Shown: positions 13,251-26,937 of the stretch, piece by piece
Position numbering within the stretch: the stretch's first letter is position 1
Layout: each line of letters starts with the position of its first letter
Source of the DNA: a virus
Lineage: Duplodnaviria > Heunggongvirae > Uroviricota > Caudoviricetes
Virus record (IMG/VR): IMGVR_UViG_3300013902_000001
Location: 20,000 to 83,999 of that record
Strand: one strand, 5' to 3'
DNA length: 64,000 nucleotides
Translations under genes and position numbers: made by a program
The notes under the pieces: model-generated
What the model was told of the DNA's origin: nothing
Database searches by the model: none
What the model saw: only the letters and a program-made list of their open reading frames with translations

Positions 13251-13856
13251 TTAATCTGGTAATGAGGTGTATTCCGCATCTCTTGAGTCTTGTCCGTCAA
13301 GAATTTTAAAAATTAGCTTACCTACCTTCTTATAATCAGAATCTTCATCTGAGTGATAAGCTTTTAAAGCAGATTTAACTAATTTACGGGTTTCTATCAT
13401 AGAAACTATCCTTTCACCACCTTGTAACTTCATTTGAACATTTCCATTAGAATCGAGCATAAGCATCCTACCGAGCTCTTCTTTCTCTTCCTCAGTATAA
13501 TCCTCATCTTCTTCATCTACTTCTTGAAGTTCGTCGCCTTCTTTTATTCCAGAATTGATATTAACTTCCAAAACAAACTAAGCATTTTCTTCCATTACTG
13601 GTTCTGGATCGTGAGCTTTTGTCGGAAAAACAGAAATCACCTCACCCTCCTAATCGAGAAAAATTATATCTAAATCTATAGAAGTATCCTCCATAGTAAA
13701 ATATAATTCTTTCTAAGGTTCATCATATTCAAATAGCATTCCACAATCTTCTGGAAGATTAGAAGTTTTGCTTAATCCAATTTCCTTTTCTTCAGGAGTT
13801 TCTGCTACTAATACTTTATAGGTTTTGTGTCCTAATTTAATTTTTGTCTTTTTCAT
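13251..13856 (-). CDS. DUF192-like domain protein with acidic/C-terminal extension, 201 aa (code 15)
   Basis: The N-terminus read through 3 TAGs is KVLVAETPEEKEIGLS..LPEDCGMLF..FTMEDTSIDLDIIFLD..GEVISV..AQFVLEVN, which matches the DUF192 pattern (A.T..E..GL..GMLF..M..T..LDI.F.D..VLE). Confidence 0.7.
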
Positions 13857-15309
13857 TATCCAGTTTCTCCTACATTTTAGAAATTAAATCGATATTATCG
13901 TTTGTATTAGTCATAATTTCTTTTACTAATCTCTTCCCGACTTCTAATAGAATAGAATCATCTCCAGTTTCTTTCCACTTGGTTCGATTTTCCTCGATAA
14001 AATCTGTTGTTTCTTTCGAGAAAGTAATCTCCGCCCTTTCGATTTCTGCTGATTGAACTATATCACCTTCCTACTATTTTATTTCCGTAAAAGTTTCCAC
14101 AGAATCATCTGGAACTTGTATTACGGGAATTCCTTTCTTAGTAATATTATCTAAGTCCAGATCGTGTTTATTCTTATGGTAATCGCCTTCTGGAATAACA
14201 TTAGGCTCGGAAGAAACTTCCACATTTTTAAGTTTAGCTCCATCTTGAGCTTTAACTACTTTCTTAGCCCAACGTTCAGCTCGGATCTTCTTATAATCTT
14301 TTAATTGCTATAACTTAGCGCCACGTTTAGCTGCTAATAGATCCGTGCTTAATCCTCCTGAAAGTGCTATCTGATTATTAATTAAAGTATTCTGAACCGA
14401 ATTCATTCGGGCTTCTTGTTCAAATTTAATATCGTCGGAAAGACCCGAAGCTGCTAATGCTTGTTCTGCCTAAAGATTCCTCATGGATAATTTTTTATCC
14501 ATTTTACCAGTTTGAGTCAGTCTGAATGATTGATCAGATTTGCTTTCTTTTACTCCTCCGAATCCAGAATTAGGAATATTAACCTCAAAGCCAGGAACTG
14601 TTTTACCTGTAGATTTATCGATGAAATTTAATCCTTTAATTGCCATAGCAACACCTATAGCAGCAGGATTACCAGTAGACATTAGTGCGTTAGTAGTTCC
14701 ATTTACCAATTCATCAGTAGCCTGAGATTCTGTATCAAAATTCTTATCTCCCATTAATGCTTTATCTGCATAATCCACACCGGCATTAAAAACAGCTCCG
14801 ATACCAGCCATGGGATTTTTAGCCTTAATAGCACTTTTTATCCCAGATAAAGCTGTATTAGCATCTGAACCTGAAGTATTATTGAGTTGACTAACGAAAT
14901 TAGAAAAATTAGCTAATTTACCAACTTTACTATCCATTCCAGCTGCGGTTTTTATTTGATCATAAGTCCTTCCTGTAGAATCAGTTGTAACATTATTAGC
15001 TTTATTATAAGTGGCGGACATTTCCTAATTATCAGCTATAGATCCAGCCGTTTCTACACTGAATCCTGATTGAACGGCATCATTAAACGCAGCATTTGAT
15101 TCAAAATTAACTACATCAAGTCCTGCATCACGATTTATTTGGGCTAAAGCAGCTTCCGAAGTCATACCTTCTCCCTACATTATATAATCGTACTCAGATC
15201 GCTACTAAGCTGTCATATTATCTAGAGTGATAGTTTGTTGGGGACGTTTATATTTTCCTCCAGTATCAAATTTCCTAACTCTTTTATTAAAAAAATCTAA
15301 ATAATCCAT
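13837..15309 (-). CDS. Conserved crAss-type virion-module protein, 490 aa (code 15)
   Basis: ATG 15309 (..RKFDTGGKY), in frame with fragment 14470-15021; contains TAG-TAG and NVIPEGDYHKNKH..KKGIPV..AEIERAEITF; first TAA at 13837. Confidence 0.7.
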
Positions 15310-15324
15310 ATAATTAAAATTTAA

Positions 15325-15348
15325 CTAAGAGGGATTGCTCCCTCTTAG
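15325..15348 (-). terminator. Hairpin/terminator with GCAA tetraloop
   Basis: Perfect 10-bp stem CTAAGAGGGA-GCAA-TCCCTCTTAG immediately after the stop at 15351. Confidence 0.55.
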
Positions 15349-15350
15349 TA

Positions 15351-18300
15351 TTAAGCATAACTAATATCATACATTGTTGCTATAGCCTGGATTATTGCTA
15401 GATCCTTGCCAGAGTAACGAATCTTTACTTTTAAATATTTATCTCGGTGTCTGGTTTCGACTTTTTTGAAATGCAATTTAGGAGGAATTTTACAGTTTAA
15501 CTGAACCGAAAATGTAAATGTTCCATTATCAGTATATTCCGCATACTCATAGGGTGGCGTGGAGTCTGTATAATATTTCAACCAATCATCCAGATAATTA
15601 GCATCTATATTAAGGAATACAACATCTATACTCTCTGAAAAACTTAGAGTATACTCCTAGTCATTTAACGCTACAATGTTTAGTATTTTTCCGTCGTTAT
15701 AAACCATTCTCAGCACGTCCTGCAGATCGGGACTCATATTTGAAAATGTTCCACTTTTGCATATTACTAAGCATCCCTCCATTAATGGTTCACGTAATCC
15801 GCTAAAATCTCCGGTTGTGGTAAACTTACCTTTGATTGTATAACTTCCAGCAGGAGCAGATGATTTAATCAAATGTCCTGTAGGAAATGTCGAAGATTGA
15901 AATGCACATTTTTCTGTAATATCCAAATCAACGCTTTCATCTGGATCAGTCGGATCTAAATAACACCACTTAAACTAAATAGGTCTAATTTCAACATTCC
16001 ACAAATCTTCCAGATATTCCATATTACCTCTAAGTCGACCATATCTCTTAACATTATTTCCTAGTGATTCGGATCGAACTCTTTGTTCATTCATTTGATT
16101 ATCTTTTACCAAGCAAACTTCATTTGAATTAAAACCATATTTGTGAGATCCATCTTTATTAGGATTTAATTTATTCCAATAGGTTTCAAAATTCCCTTCC
16201 CACTCGTATGCAGGTCTTTCTGGGGATCCTTTTTTATCGGTATGTTTCATTTTAAGATATGGAAGTTTGGTGATAGTTCTTGTGTGATTAACATCCCAAT
16301 AGCCTTGCTTTTTGAAATCTGGGAAATCTGGATAAGTTTGCTAAATAGTTTCAGAAGTTTTGCCTAAAACGTATTTCCACCAGTAATCAGGATCAGATTT
16401 AGGATCTTCTTTAGACATTTTATTAATCCACTAAACGATAGGCTTATAATCAAACCATTCATACCCTTCACCAACTACCTCGTATTCAAACTTATCAGGT
16501 TCTGCTTTATTAGATAAGATTTTTAAATTATTAAAAATCTTTTGTCTCATAGGTTCATCATTGACAACAAACTCGAAATTAAACTCGTGCTATTTACCAT
16601 ACCAATTAGTTGGTAAGATTTCACCTTGATTATCATATAATCCGGCTTGCCCATGCTTCCAGAGATACATTGTGTTTTCAGCAGAATTTCGTAAATTAAA
16701 ACATTTAAATACTTTTGGTTTAGATATATCTTCATTGTATTCATTATTAGTTAAAACTACAATCTTTGGGTCTGCTAGATACAAATAATCCGAAGATTGA
16801 GTTGAATACGAAATTGTAACTGTAAAAGTTTTATTTAGTTTAACAGCATAAAATTTATAAGATTCTATTTGTTCGAAATCTTTAAAATCATAAGTCACTT
16901 CCTAAACATTAATATCAACCATCTTGTCTCCAACCATTTCTTGATATTTTATGATTGGCTTAACATTTTGAGATACATAAAAACAAAAATATCCACAAGA
17001 ATCTTCGTTAACTGATTTTGTTAGGTTTATTTCAAACTTATTTTCTAGATTAGATCCGGACTAACTTAAATAATAAACTTTGCTCTAATCATTAAAAGTA
17101 GAATCATATAAACTTTTTGATAGATAAAACCAATCTTCGAATCCTGACGGTTCTATTAATTTTATTAATTTCTGATTATTATAAACCGAATCGAATTTAG
17201 TCTAGTCGAAACTAAAAAATATATTATTTATATTTTCCGATAATAATGGATACCAATCATAGAAAGTAATAAATTGCTACATTCTTTCATTATAGCAAAT
17301 AGACCAAGTGGTTCCTTCTTCCCAAGTTACATCAGCTTTATATCCGGTATCCAAGTTGTTATAATAAATACGTCCACTTCTAACAATATAAGGATACTCT
17401 CCTACAATCGTTCCACTCTAATCCTTAATAGTTAATGTGAAGTTTGCTTCTTTACTTTTCCATGCGGAAGTATATTTATAATTATCTCGGTTAAATAAAA
17501 TATTTAATTCTTCAGTCTAAATTTTCGTTAAAGCATTTTTTACAGTATCAGAAAAACTATAAACTGGAATATCTTTCTTAAATGTAAATATTATATCGTG
17601 TTTGAATTCATTATAGTGTGTAACTACATTTAAGTGTCCAATATACTCATTAATATCGAACTCAGATAGTGTAATAAATTCATTTAAGAATTTCCCAATC
17701 TTCTAATCAGAAATAAAATCTAACTATTTCCCAGCTAATCTCCAAATCTTTTTAGCAACTGTATCAACTCCGTAAATGATACCACTAGGAGTTTGTAAAA
17801 TAGAATCTTTCCACATAGACCCGTAATCAGCAGTAATTTCCTAAATATCTGTAGGAAGAACTGATTTTGAAGCCAGATATGGAGATTTCTCTTGATCGCT
17901 TTGAGGATTTTTATTTATTTCTAATAATCCGATACCGTGGGTAAAAATCACTGCCAATGCATTACCGAGTGAAAGAAGTTTGGTAATAGAACCATACTCT
18001 TTATTATATTCGTGGAACTATTCCTTAAATATCATTCGATAAGAGTTAATAAAATTCTAAGCAACATTTGGCTTCGACCAATAGATCCTGTTAAAATACT
18101 CTTGTTTGATAAAAGGAACCATCGTAAATCCAACTTGCTGATTAGTGCATATACTCTTTTTAGCAGCGGCATTTATACAATTAGATTCTGGAATATGTAT
18201 TTTTGGATTCATTTCCTCTAATGGATAAAAACTTCTTTTTCTATTAAAAGAAGCTTCCTCAGTAGCATGTTCAAAATCAATATCTCGAAGTGCTAAGTTC

Positions 18301-21191
18301 ATAGAAGACTGAATAGGAAACGTAATCCACTATCCAAACGAAACAGCATTTACATCGGATCGGTTTATATTAGAAACTCCTCTCTATACGTAATTAGATC
18401 TTTGTGAATTTTTTAATCTAATATAAGCGTCAATAATCTTCATTCCACTTTTAGCTGGCTCTGGATGCTTTTTGTAGATTAATCCAAAAGCTTTGTCTTC
18501 TGAAATACCACTGCTATATTTATTCCATTTTGCTAAATTGATCCAGAAAGAAATTCCAAATGGGAATAAAGATCCGAAAGCAGATTTATTAAAGAAATCC
18601 AATCTGGATTTAGTTGAGGCTGGTTTATCAGCAGTTTGACCAACTATTACATCTTCACTTAGAAATTGAATATCAGCAAATTCTGATGACTCTTTTCTGC
18701 TTATTCCTTCATCCTCGGTAAATGTAAAATCATTTTCGGTATCATTTTCTTCGGCCGTAACTCCAATCATATCATAAGGCATAACATCAATTTCAAACAT
18801 CTCGGCAATTTCATTAGAAAAAGTAGGTGTGTCTGGATCTTTTGACATTTCATACGTATCCGAAGTTAGATACCATCCATCATTATTTTTCTAACAATTG
18901 AAATTTAATCCAGATTTCTTAGCAATATAAGCGGTGCTTCTAACCGCATAATTCTTAGCCCAACATTTTGGATCAATTATCTTAATGTTAGTAGGTAATT
19001 CTGGATCAGCGAAGTTATTCATCATTCGGTGAGTAAATACCGAATTAAAACAGTCTCCTCCATAACATTGCATAGAATCTTTAAGGTCGTCTATATTATA
19101 TCGAGTGGATATAGGAGAATATAAACTATAATCAGCAAATCTCTTCTAAAATTCTAACTAATTCTATAATACAGGATTAGTCGCAAATCCTTTCGGCTTA
19201 ATATTTATAATATCTCCATATTCATACCCGGAATAAGACATCCCAACGTAATATCCCCACTAACCTCGAACTAATGTAGAACTTTTTGTTAAGTTTTGTG
19301 GAACGGTATTATCCCAGTCATTTACTATATCTGATGTTTTATAAGCTTCTTGCGGATTTCCTGCTAGTGATGAAAAATAATTACTTCCATCTGTTAATAG
19401 TTGAGTTTCTTTTGGAACTGCTGTAAGTTTGGATATTTGAAGTAAAGAGGATTCCGAATAAAATGTACTATAACTAGAATATAGTAAATCTTTATCTTCT
19501 TTAAATGATATTGACCCGATTTTATCTAGAGCAAATTCCTAGCTTGTAAAAATATGATTAAAAGTAAGTTCTTGTAATTCAGCGTCCGGAATTAAAAGTC
19601 CTTTTACAGAAACGTTTTTATCGTAAGTATATACATCGTTTCCATTTTGTGCTAATAATCTATTTTTTAAGAATGATTTAGAAACCCATCCAGAATCTTT
19701 TTTTAATATTGGTAATGCTCCGTTTTCTTTATTTGTAACTCCAATCGCAATTCCTTGAGCAATAATGGTAGGAATACGTTTCTGCCTAACAAAAAAGAAT
19801 CCTTTGATTCCATGATTTATTAAAATGCTCTTAACATAAGATCGAATCTGCTCTTCACTTAATTTAGTATCAGATGTTACCAATTTACTTAATTCTGGAA
19901 TTTTATCGAAGTTGAACTGAATTGTTAAAACTCCAGATTGTTTTGGAAAACGGACAACACCTTTGCTATTTATCCAGTTCTCTTCTTTAAATATATAATT
20001 AGATGGCTCATAATCCCATTTTTCATAAGTCTCATCCTATTTTTCATAGGAGTGAATGTCGTTGTAAAGCTTTCCTGGGTCCAAACTTCCTGATTCACTT
20101 AAATCGCAACCTAAAATGTTAAATACCGGACTTAATTGATTATTTTCATATATAAATACTACTCCAAATCGATAGTATTCATCAGGCCAATAACCTGTAT
20201 AATTATAAACATTATCCAGGTTATAATAAGTCTAATCAATATTCTAATAAGTGGAATCTGGAGAAATTTTATTTTCTGAAACTATAGAAGGATAAATTTG
20301 CCACGCTAACTGCTATAAGGCTTGATAATCATGAACAAACGCAGATGTATTTCCTAAAAATAAGATATTCTATGCAATTACTTGAGTTTTAGCGGTCGAA
20401 ATATCAGCATATTCAGTTTGAATATCGCCTAAAACTATAGGAACTACTTTTTCTGCACCAGTAATAGTAAATTCAGAGACTCCGTTTAATATAGGAAAAT
20501 TCTGATCAATCATTACATATTCCGAAACAGCTGCTTGATCTGATCCTGAAGTAGTTCGTTCGTAAAAAACTCGGACGTAATCAAATCCTGCATCCAGACC
20601 ACTTAATTTAAACTTAACACTCTTCCCAGCATTTTCATCTTCTAAACCCATTCTAATTTTACAAGTATTAAGTTCTCCTATAGGAACTTGAACTATTCCA
20701 GAATGCTAAATAATATTGGTTAAATTTCCATCAGCATCCGATAGTTTGAAATAGAACGTATAAGATCCGCATTTCAGCATACCTTCTCCTAATCCTCCAA
20801 ATTCTAGAATAGGAATATGTTGATATAATTTAAATAATCCTATCTGATTATTTAAAGCAGAATCATCATAAACGTTAGTTACAGCATTCCCGTAATGCTC
20901 AGTAATTAGAAACGTGTTATTTTCCTATACAGAAAATCTAGTATTGATTAACTTAGGCTAATTCTGATCGTCGGTCAGCAGAATATTTGTAGATCCATCA
21001 TATTCATCGGTAATTAATAAATCTTGTGGAATTTCCTTGTTGAACTTCAACTTTTCAGTTGTGAAATCAGACACTCCTAAATCTGTTATTAGATTATGTA
21101 ATGGAGAATAAGCATTTTGCATCTATCCAGATTTATTTTGGGTGATAGTTGCATAAGTTGCTCGTTTTAATTTAATAATTGGATAATTCAT
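15351..21191 (-). CDS. Very large tail (muzzle/tail-stabilisation-associated) protein, 1946 aa (code 15)
   Basis: Nine track fragments from 20651 to 15351 share one frame; ATG at 21191 lies 1 nt after the upstream TAA. The function is inferred from synteny with crAss-like tail genes. Confidence 0.65.
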
Positions 21192-21192
21192 A

Positions 21193-24100
21193 TTAAATTC
21201 CTATACTTGAATCTGAACTGGAACTATATCTAATTACTGTTTTCCAAAAAGACCCAAACTTGTTGTTTTCTATAGCAGAATTATTATAATCTCCTGCCTT
21301 TGCCGCCACAGGCTTAGCTACTACTTTAAGATTAGATAATACTCCTATTCCTCCAGATGTGCTTGCCTGGTAATACCAGTCTGTCATCGTATCTGTCCAT
21401 TTATATTTTTTCTTATCTACGTAAAACTCCATAGCATTCTCCTCTTTATCCTTTGTTTCGTTAGCATCCTTTGTTTCATCTGCATCTAATGTAAACCACA
21501 TTCCGGGTGCCGGATATAATTCATTTTCAAATGCGACCTCATCCATCATGTATTGTGTAGGAGCTCCGTCTTGCAGATAAGATTCTCTATAACAAGACAT
21601 AAGAGGAAGAATTATGGCGTTATCTGTACTAGAAGATTCCAATTTTAAAGCAGTATGATTAAACTTAATTAATGATTGGTTCGTTATGGAGTTCTCTGCA
21701 GTTTTATCCCATTGAAATACATCTATTCCACCAAAAGAACTCCCCTTAGTGTCTATTTCGTATTTAGTCTTTCCATGAACCACGGCAACAGGCATATATT
21801 TTGGCAATGTTAAAATTTCGTCCTTCGTAGATCCCCATTTAATGTCAACCTCATCGTTAGCATGAATTAATATACACCATACGGTCTTTTCCTCAGCTTC
21901 CGATAAATCGACGGTTGCTCTACTAACTCTTAAGTTTCCCCAAGAATTACGTTTTGAAGTATTCATAGGAACTATATCTTTGACAAATCCATCCCTTTTC
22001 TTAACATTAACAGCTCGAAATTTATCTTTAGTAAACAATTTACCAGCCGAGACTTTTTCGTCTGAACCTTCTGGAATAATTTGATGTTCTACATAAGGAC
22101 GAATTGAGGCGGAAGGAGAAAGCGTAGAAGTTGGAATATCTACACTTATTGTATCTTCATAAACTATTGTTACTTTAGGAAAATACCCATTGATTTCTGT
22201 TACCGTTTGATTATTGTCCCCACCAGCATTAATAAGGGAAGTTTGAGTTTTGTTGTTAATTTTGATAACATGTTCAGAAGATTTTAAAGGAATTTTATTC
22301 GATATATTTAAAGTTTTTGTGCCTGACTATGCGTATCCAATATAATTATTATATTTATTACGCCCGGTGCCAGCACCCTAAGTTTTAAACACAACAGTAT
22401 TGAGGTAATCAAGTGAGTGTAAGATAGTAGTTCCGTTAGTGATTGATAATGTAGTTTTTATTCCAAATGTATTAGTATCATAAGGACTTGGCACAGCCCA
22501 GTCCTTGGTTGTAATGTTTTGCCCTATTACAACCCATTTATTCGGGTCGTATCCGTTTGTGATTTTACTGGATAATACATATTGCTCGTTCTTATCATAT
22601 TGCTGAGATGAGTATTTATTATTAGAATCGTGAATTGCGTAATCTATTGTAGATTTGATAACTTTTAATTGCCTATTCGCGTTATAAACCGGTCTATAAT
22701 TAGTATATTCGAAATTGGTTCCTAGCTAGACATCCACTTGAGGTGAAGTGTATATTAAATTCTTTGAGAAACTGTCAGGATTTTTAGGATCTTTATCATA
22801 ACGATTATAATAATATCGAGTTAAACCTTCCCGTGCTATATGAGACTGTAATGCAACAAAAGTTTCAGATTTGGAATTAATTGTTCCTGTAAATTTATTA
22901 TTAGTTATTGAGTAGGAATTGCCATTATACTTGACTGTTCCATTTAAATTTTTATTTTCTATCGAAAAACTCATTGGCAACCAATTAGCGAACTTCATAT
23001 CGGGCATATCGTTAGTACCGAAAGTATCATTAAGATATGGGTTGAATTTTAATCTATAATTTCCTATTTGTTCTCCGAATTGGTTTTCAAAAGATATATT
23101 TAATATACAATATTTATTATAATTACCTTCGAATTTTACCCAGAAAATCCCGCCATGTTTTATTCTACTTGAATTCTTGTAGTAATCATTTTTCTTAGTT
23201 TCCTCTATATCATATAAATTTTCTGACTATCCGGATTCAGTATCTTCGATCGGGCTATCTATATTATCAGTATTGTGATCGGAAACTACATAAGTTACTA
23301 AAGTGTCAGATGAAGATATGAATTGATTCCTAACAGGATCAAATTTATTTTCCATATATTCATCTTCGTTTTGCGATGGCTTTTGTAACTTTAATTCATC
23401 ACCTTCAGGAACATCTTCCAATGTAAAAGTTTTCTTAGTATCAGAACCTGTAACTGACTTAGATGCAGTGTGATAAATGATCAGATCATAATTATCAGTT
23501 TCATTATAAATAGAAACTGTAAATTTCCCGATGTATGCAGCATTTTCTGAAGTATACCAGAATCCAGGAAAATATGTGTAATACCATATATCATCCTTGC
23601 TATCAATATATTTTTTCACAGAAAACGGAACTTTCATCCCATCAGATCGTCTCAAAATTCCAAAATCTTTTATAAATCGAGAATTTAAAACTGCTTTTGT
23701 GCATAAATATCCAGCTTGCTAATTACTAGGATAGGATTTAAGCATACCTTTATTCATAGCCCGAAGATCCGGATTATACCAATTTTCACCTGTAAAAGAA
23801 TCATTTAAAAACCAAAAATCCGAAGTAATTGTATTAGAAGATCTCTTTTCTTTTAATTTCTAAGCACTCAATAAAGATTTTTCAGATTCTCGAGTTCCAG
23901 ATATATTTTGTGTAAATATTTTTAAATCATACACTCCATTCCACAATGTTAATGTTCTTCTGTCCAAGTCGTTTCGTTTGGAATCAGTTTGTTTAGTAAT
24001 ATAAGGATATTCGATTGTAAATCTATTCTAACCCCAGTTACCATTTGCGTCTTTTGAATTTTGAAAAGTGAGAAGCTTTTTTGTGTCAGAATAGGCATCA

Positions 24101-24558
24101 GTGTTCTTATCAGTCTCAATTTTTAAGGACATTAAAAATTTTTCCCCGGGATATAATTTTTCAGAAATTCGATAGTATTTATTGCCAGTTCCAGACTTAG
24201 AAGATAATTCAGCACCATCAAAAGTTATCTATTGTTTATTTTTCAAAAAATCTCTAATAATAGGACTCGGAATTGTTCCAATTTCCCCTTCACCTTCCTT
24301 ATTTACAGAAGCAATATACAAAACACCGCCGTGTTCTTTCATTCCTATAGGAACAAAACCTTCTCGTAATCCCATTATATTGCCAGTATTAGTATCCTGA
24401 ATTTTGGTATTACCCATATCATTCTGCAAAATACCTTCATTACCATTATAGGTTAGGAAAGTGGCGTTTAACGCATCAGTCAGTTGATTTTGTTGGGTAG
24501 ATAACGGTGCCAGATCCAGCATCATACCGCCCTAAAAAACATTGGTGGTATTTTTCAT
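21193..24558 (-). CDS. Tail stabilisation/muzzle-like protein, 1121 aa (code 15)
   Basis: N-terminus MKNTTNVF[TAG]GGMMLDLAPLST..LTDALNATFLTYNGNEGILQNDMGN resembles the crAss-like tail-stabilisation N-terminus; fragments ending 24525, 23655, 23007 and 22038 are in frame. Confidence 0.7.
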
Positions 24559-25081
24559 AATTATTTTCTTCTACAAATTCTATTTCATCGGAAGTATATT
24601 TTTCCACGAAGAATTTCCACCCACAATCCGCAGGCCATTTAACCCTCCAGATATATTTCACATACTTCTCGTGATGAAGTTCTTTTTTAATTTTTGTTAA
24701 ATAAACGTTATGTAACGTTTTCATTTTACCTTGTCTCATCAAGGCTTCATGTTTTCCATCATCGTCATATAATCCTATATAGTAATATCCATCCCATTCT
24801 TCGTGTCTAAGTCTATATAAGACTCGCTCTTTCATACGCCATTTCATTTTCCAGTATTTATAGTGCTTAAGGACATCATCTGGTGTATAACAAGTGTTAC
24901 TATATAATGACAAAATTTCATCGGGATTCCCACGCTGATAAATAGCCACATCACAGTGCATTTTATTAGCCCAAGTATACATTCTTAATCCGTGAACTAG
25001 TATATTATAAACCTCCGTCCAAGAAAACATTGGAAACCGTTCCTAAACCTTAGCAACGTAATCACTAACTCGTTTTTCCAT
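24476..25081 (-). CDS. crAss conserved protein (IHF/HU-like by synteny), 201 aa
   Basis: ATG 25081 (MEKRVSDYVAKV[TAG]ERFP) extends track ORF 24476-25030; overlaps the next gene by 83 nt. Confidence 0.55.
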
Positions 25082-25518
25082 TAACCGTATCGTTTACCTT
25101 TATTGGTATATTCTGTAATTCTATCTCTTAAATAATCAGAAACTGCTATACATTTTCTCCATTTACCGTAACGAGTTTTATAGGTTAAACGTAACTTATA
25201 ACCTGTAAAATTAGAAACTAAGAAATCAACATCCTGAAAAGCTCCTAATTGTCGCATTCTTATAAACTCATCTCCAGTATATGGGACCATTTCCAGATAA
25301 GTCTAATCTGGAAACTTAAAAGTTACATTATCCTCGATAATATCTAAGATTATTAAATAGAATAAGTATCGCAGCATCTGAGCAAAAGTTTGTTTGTATT
25401 TCTACCAATCCCAATTCTTTATAGGACCATCCAGATTCTTTTTTACATTAAAGTTTGTATATAAATCAGGAGCACAGACATAATAAGAATTAGGAACACG
25501 TATTCTTTCTTCGCTCAT
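25081..25518 (-). CDS. crAss conserved protein (IHF/HU-like by synteny), 145 aa
   Basis: ATG 25518, two TAGs, joins track ORF 25081-25290; contains IILDIIEDNVTFKFP. Confidence 0.55.
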
Positions 25519-26207
25519 TTTATTGGTTTGTAAGATTGATTATAGATCTTTCTATCCCAACAGCTCATAATATCCAAAACTTCATTCATCTGATTTTGAC
25601 TCAAATTATAAGGAATTCTAGCCTAATCACAGGCTTTTAACCAGTCTTTTTTAAGAATCTGAGCTAACTGAATAGTAGCCTAATCTTTTGTAATTAAACC
25701 TCTTTTAAACATCTCAGAATACGCACAATAATTAGCTATTGCAAATTTCTCCTTTTCATTTAAAAGCGGAAGTCCGTCTTCATCGGTATAAATTCCTTTA
25801 TACAAGATATTAACTTCGGGATAAAGATCCTTAAAATATATTTTATCTCCAACTTCTCTATAAGAAACCAGTTTACCTGGTAAATATAAGGAATTGGTAA
25901 ATCTCTTTCTATCTTCTATAAATTGTTCAATTGGCTGATTATGAGTTTGAGGATGTATAGAATCCATTGTTTGGGCATCCTCGAAATTCAAAGTAATTGC
26001 TTCTATTTCATCCAAATTACACGGTTTTGGAATATAAGATCCACAACCTTCATCTGGTATTGGACAAAATTTACTTTTATATAATCTAGTCTATTTATTG
26101 CCAATTTTATTCCACGCTGTTAAAGCGTAAGTTTCAAAAATATCTTCATCTAGTTCTATTCCAAATAGTTCTCTAGTTAAAGATATGGCTGAATAAAAAT
26201 TTTCCAT
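25515..26207 (-). CDS. Tail ring/tubular protein, 230 aa (code 15)
   Basis: MENFYSAISLTRELFGIELDEDIFETYALTAWNKIGNK[TAG]TRLY...NQMNEVLDIMSCWDRKIYNQSYKPIK-TGA; resembles crAss ring proteins. Confidence 0.65.
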
Positions 26208-26875
26208 TATCTAGGAATTTGATCGTTAGGTTGAGGTTGAGGATATAATTGCCTGTAATAGTTAATATATTTCTTAATTACAGTATCTTTTACCTCTGCA
26301 TCTAATATAGTTAAATTATCTTCTGAAGGAATCGAACAACAATCATATTCTTCTAATTTTCTATCGTCCTTAAAAATAGCAGTAATGGAGATCCTTTCCA
26401 GCAAAGGAGCATTAAAGATATAACCGTCCATCAATCCATCAGAATTAATAACTGGATCAATGTAAACAAACGGCTTATTCTTCTATCTAGAATTAAATTT
26501 ATTAAATCTAAAGGCTTCCGATAAAAAGACCTTAAATTTAACTTGTCTATCTGAAGATCCTATCCATTTAATGGCTTTTTCTTTTAATCCTAGGGCGATA
26601 GGTGGAATTTGAAAATGTGCATATTTTTTACCATAATTTTCAACAGCGCAACATTTCCCAATATAATCACAATTCACCTGAATACAATTTAAGCTAGCGT
26701 ATAAATCTTCTGCTGGTAATAGATTTTTTAAATAATACTTATAAATGGTAGCTATTCTCTGTTCTGCAATTTCATCCTCTAACTGCTAAATAGATATATT
26801 AGCAGTAGCTTCATATCCTGCTAAACCAGATATAATACTATTATACGCTGCGGAAGCAATTTTAGATATATTCAT
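26207..26875 (-). CDS. Tail ring/tubular protein, 222 aa (code 15)
   Basis: ATG 26875, SI[TAG]QL[E]DEIAEQR-type motif; joins fragments 26483-26677 and 26207-26434. Confidence 0.65.
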
Positions 26876-26914
26876 AAAAAGAAAAGGCGAGCGGATTTCT
26901 CCACCCGCCTTATT
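26876..26914 (-). terminator. Rho-independent terminator
   Basis: AGGCGGGTGGA-GAAA-TCCGCTCGCCT followed by TTTCTTTTT. Confidence 0.75.
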
Positions 26915-26937
26915 AAAAGGTTATTAATGATACTTGA

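Noticed and set aside
21448-21486. 18-bp tandem duplication (DADETK/DANETK)
   Set aside because: It is real but a trivial in-frame slippage in a linker; no functional claim is supportable.
1-26900. Mass pseudogenisation or sequencing errors suggested by the fragmented ORFs
   Set aside because: The interruptions are exclusively in-frame TAG with no frameshifts, and essential motifs are intact; recoding explains them.
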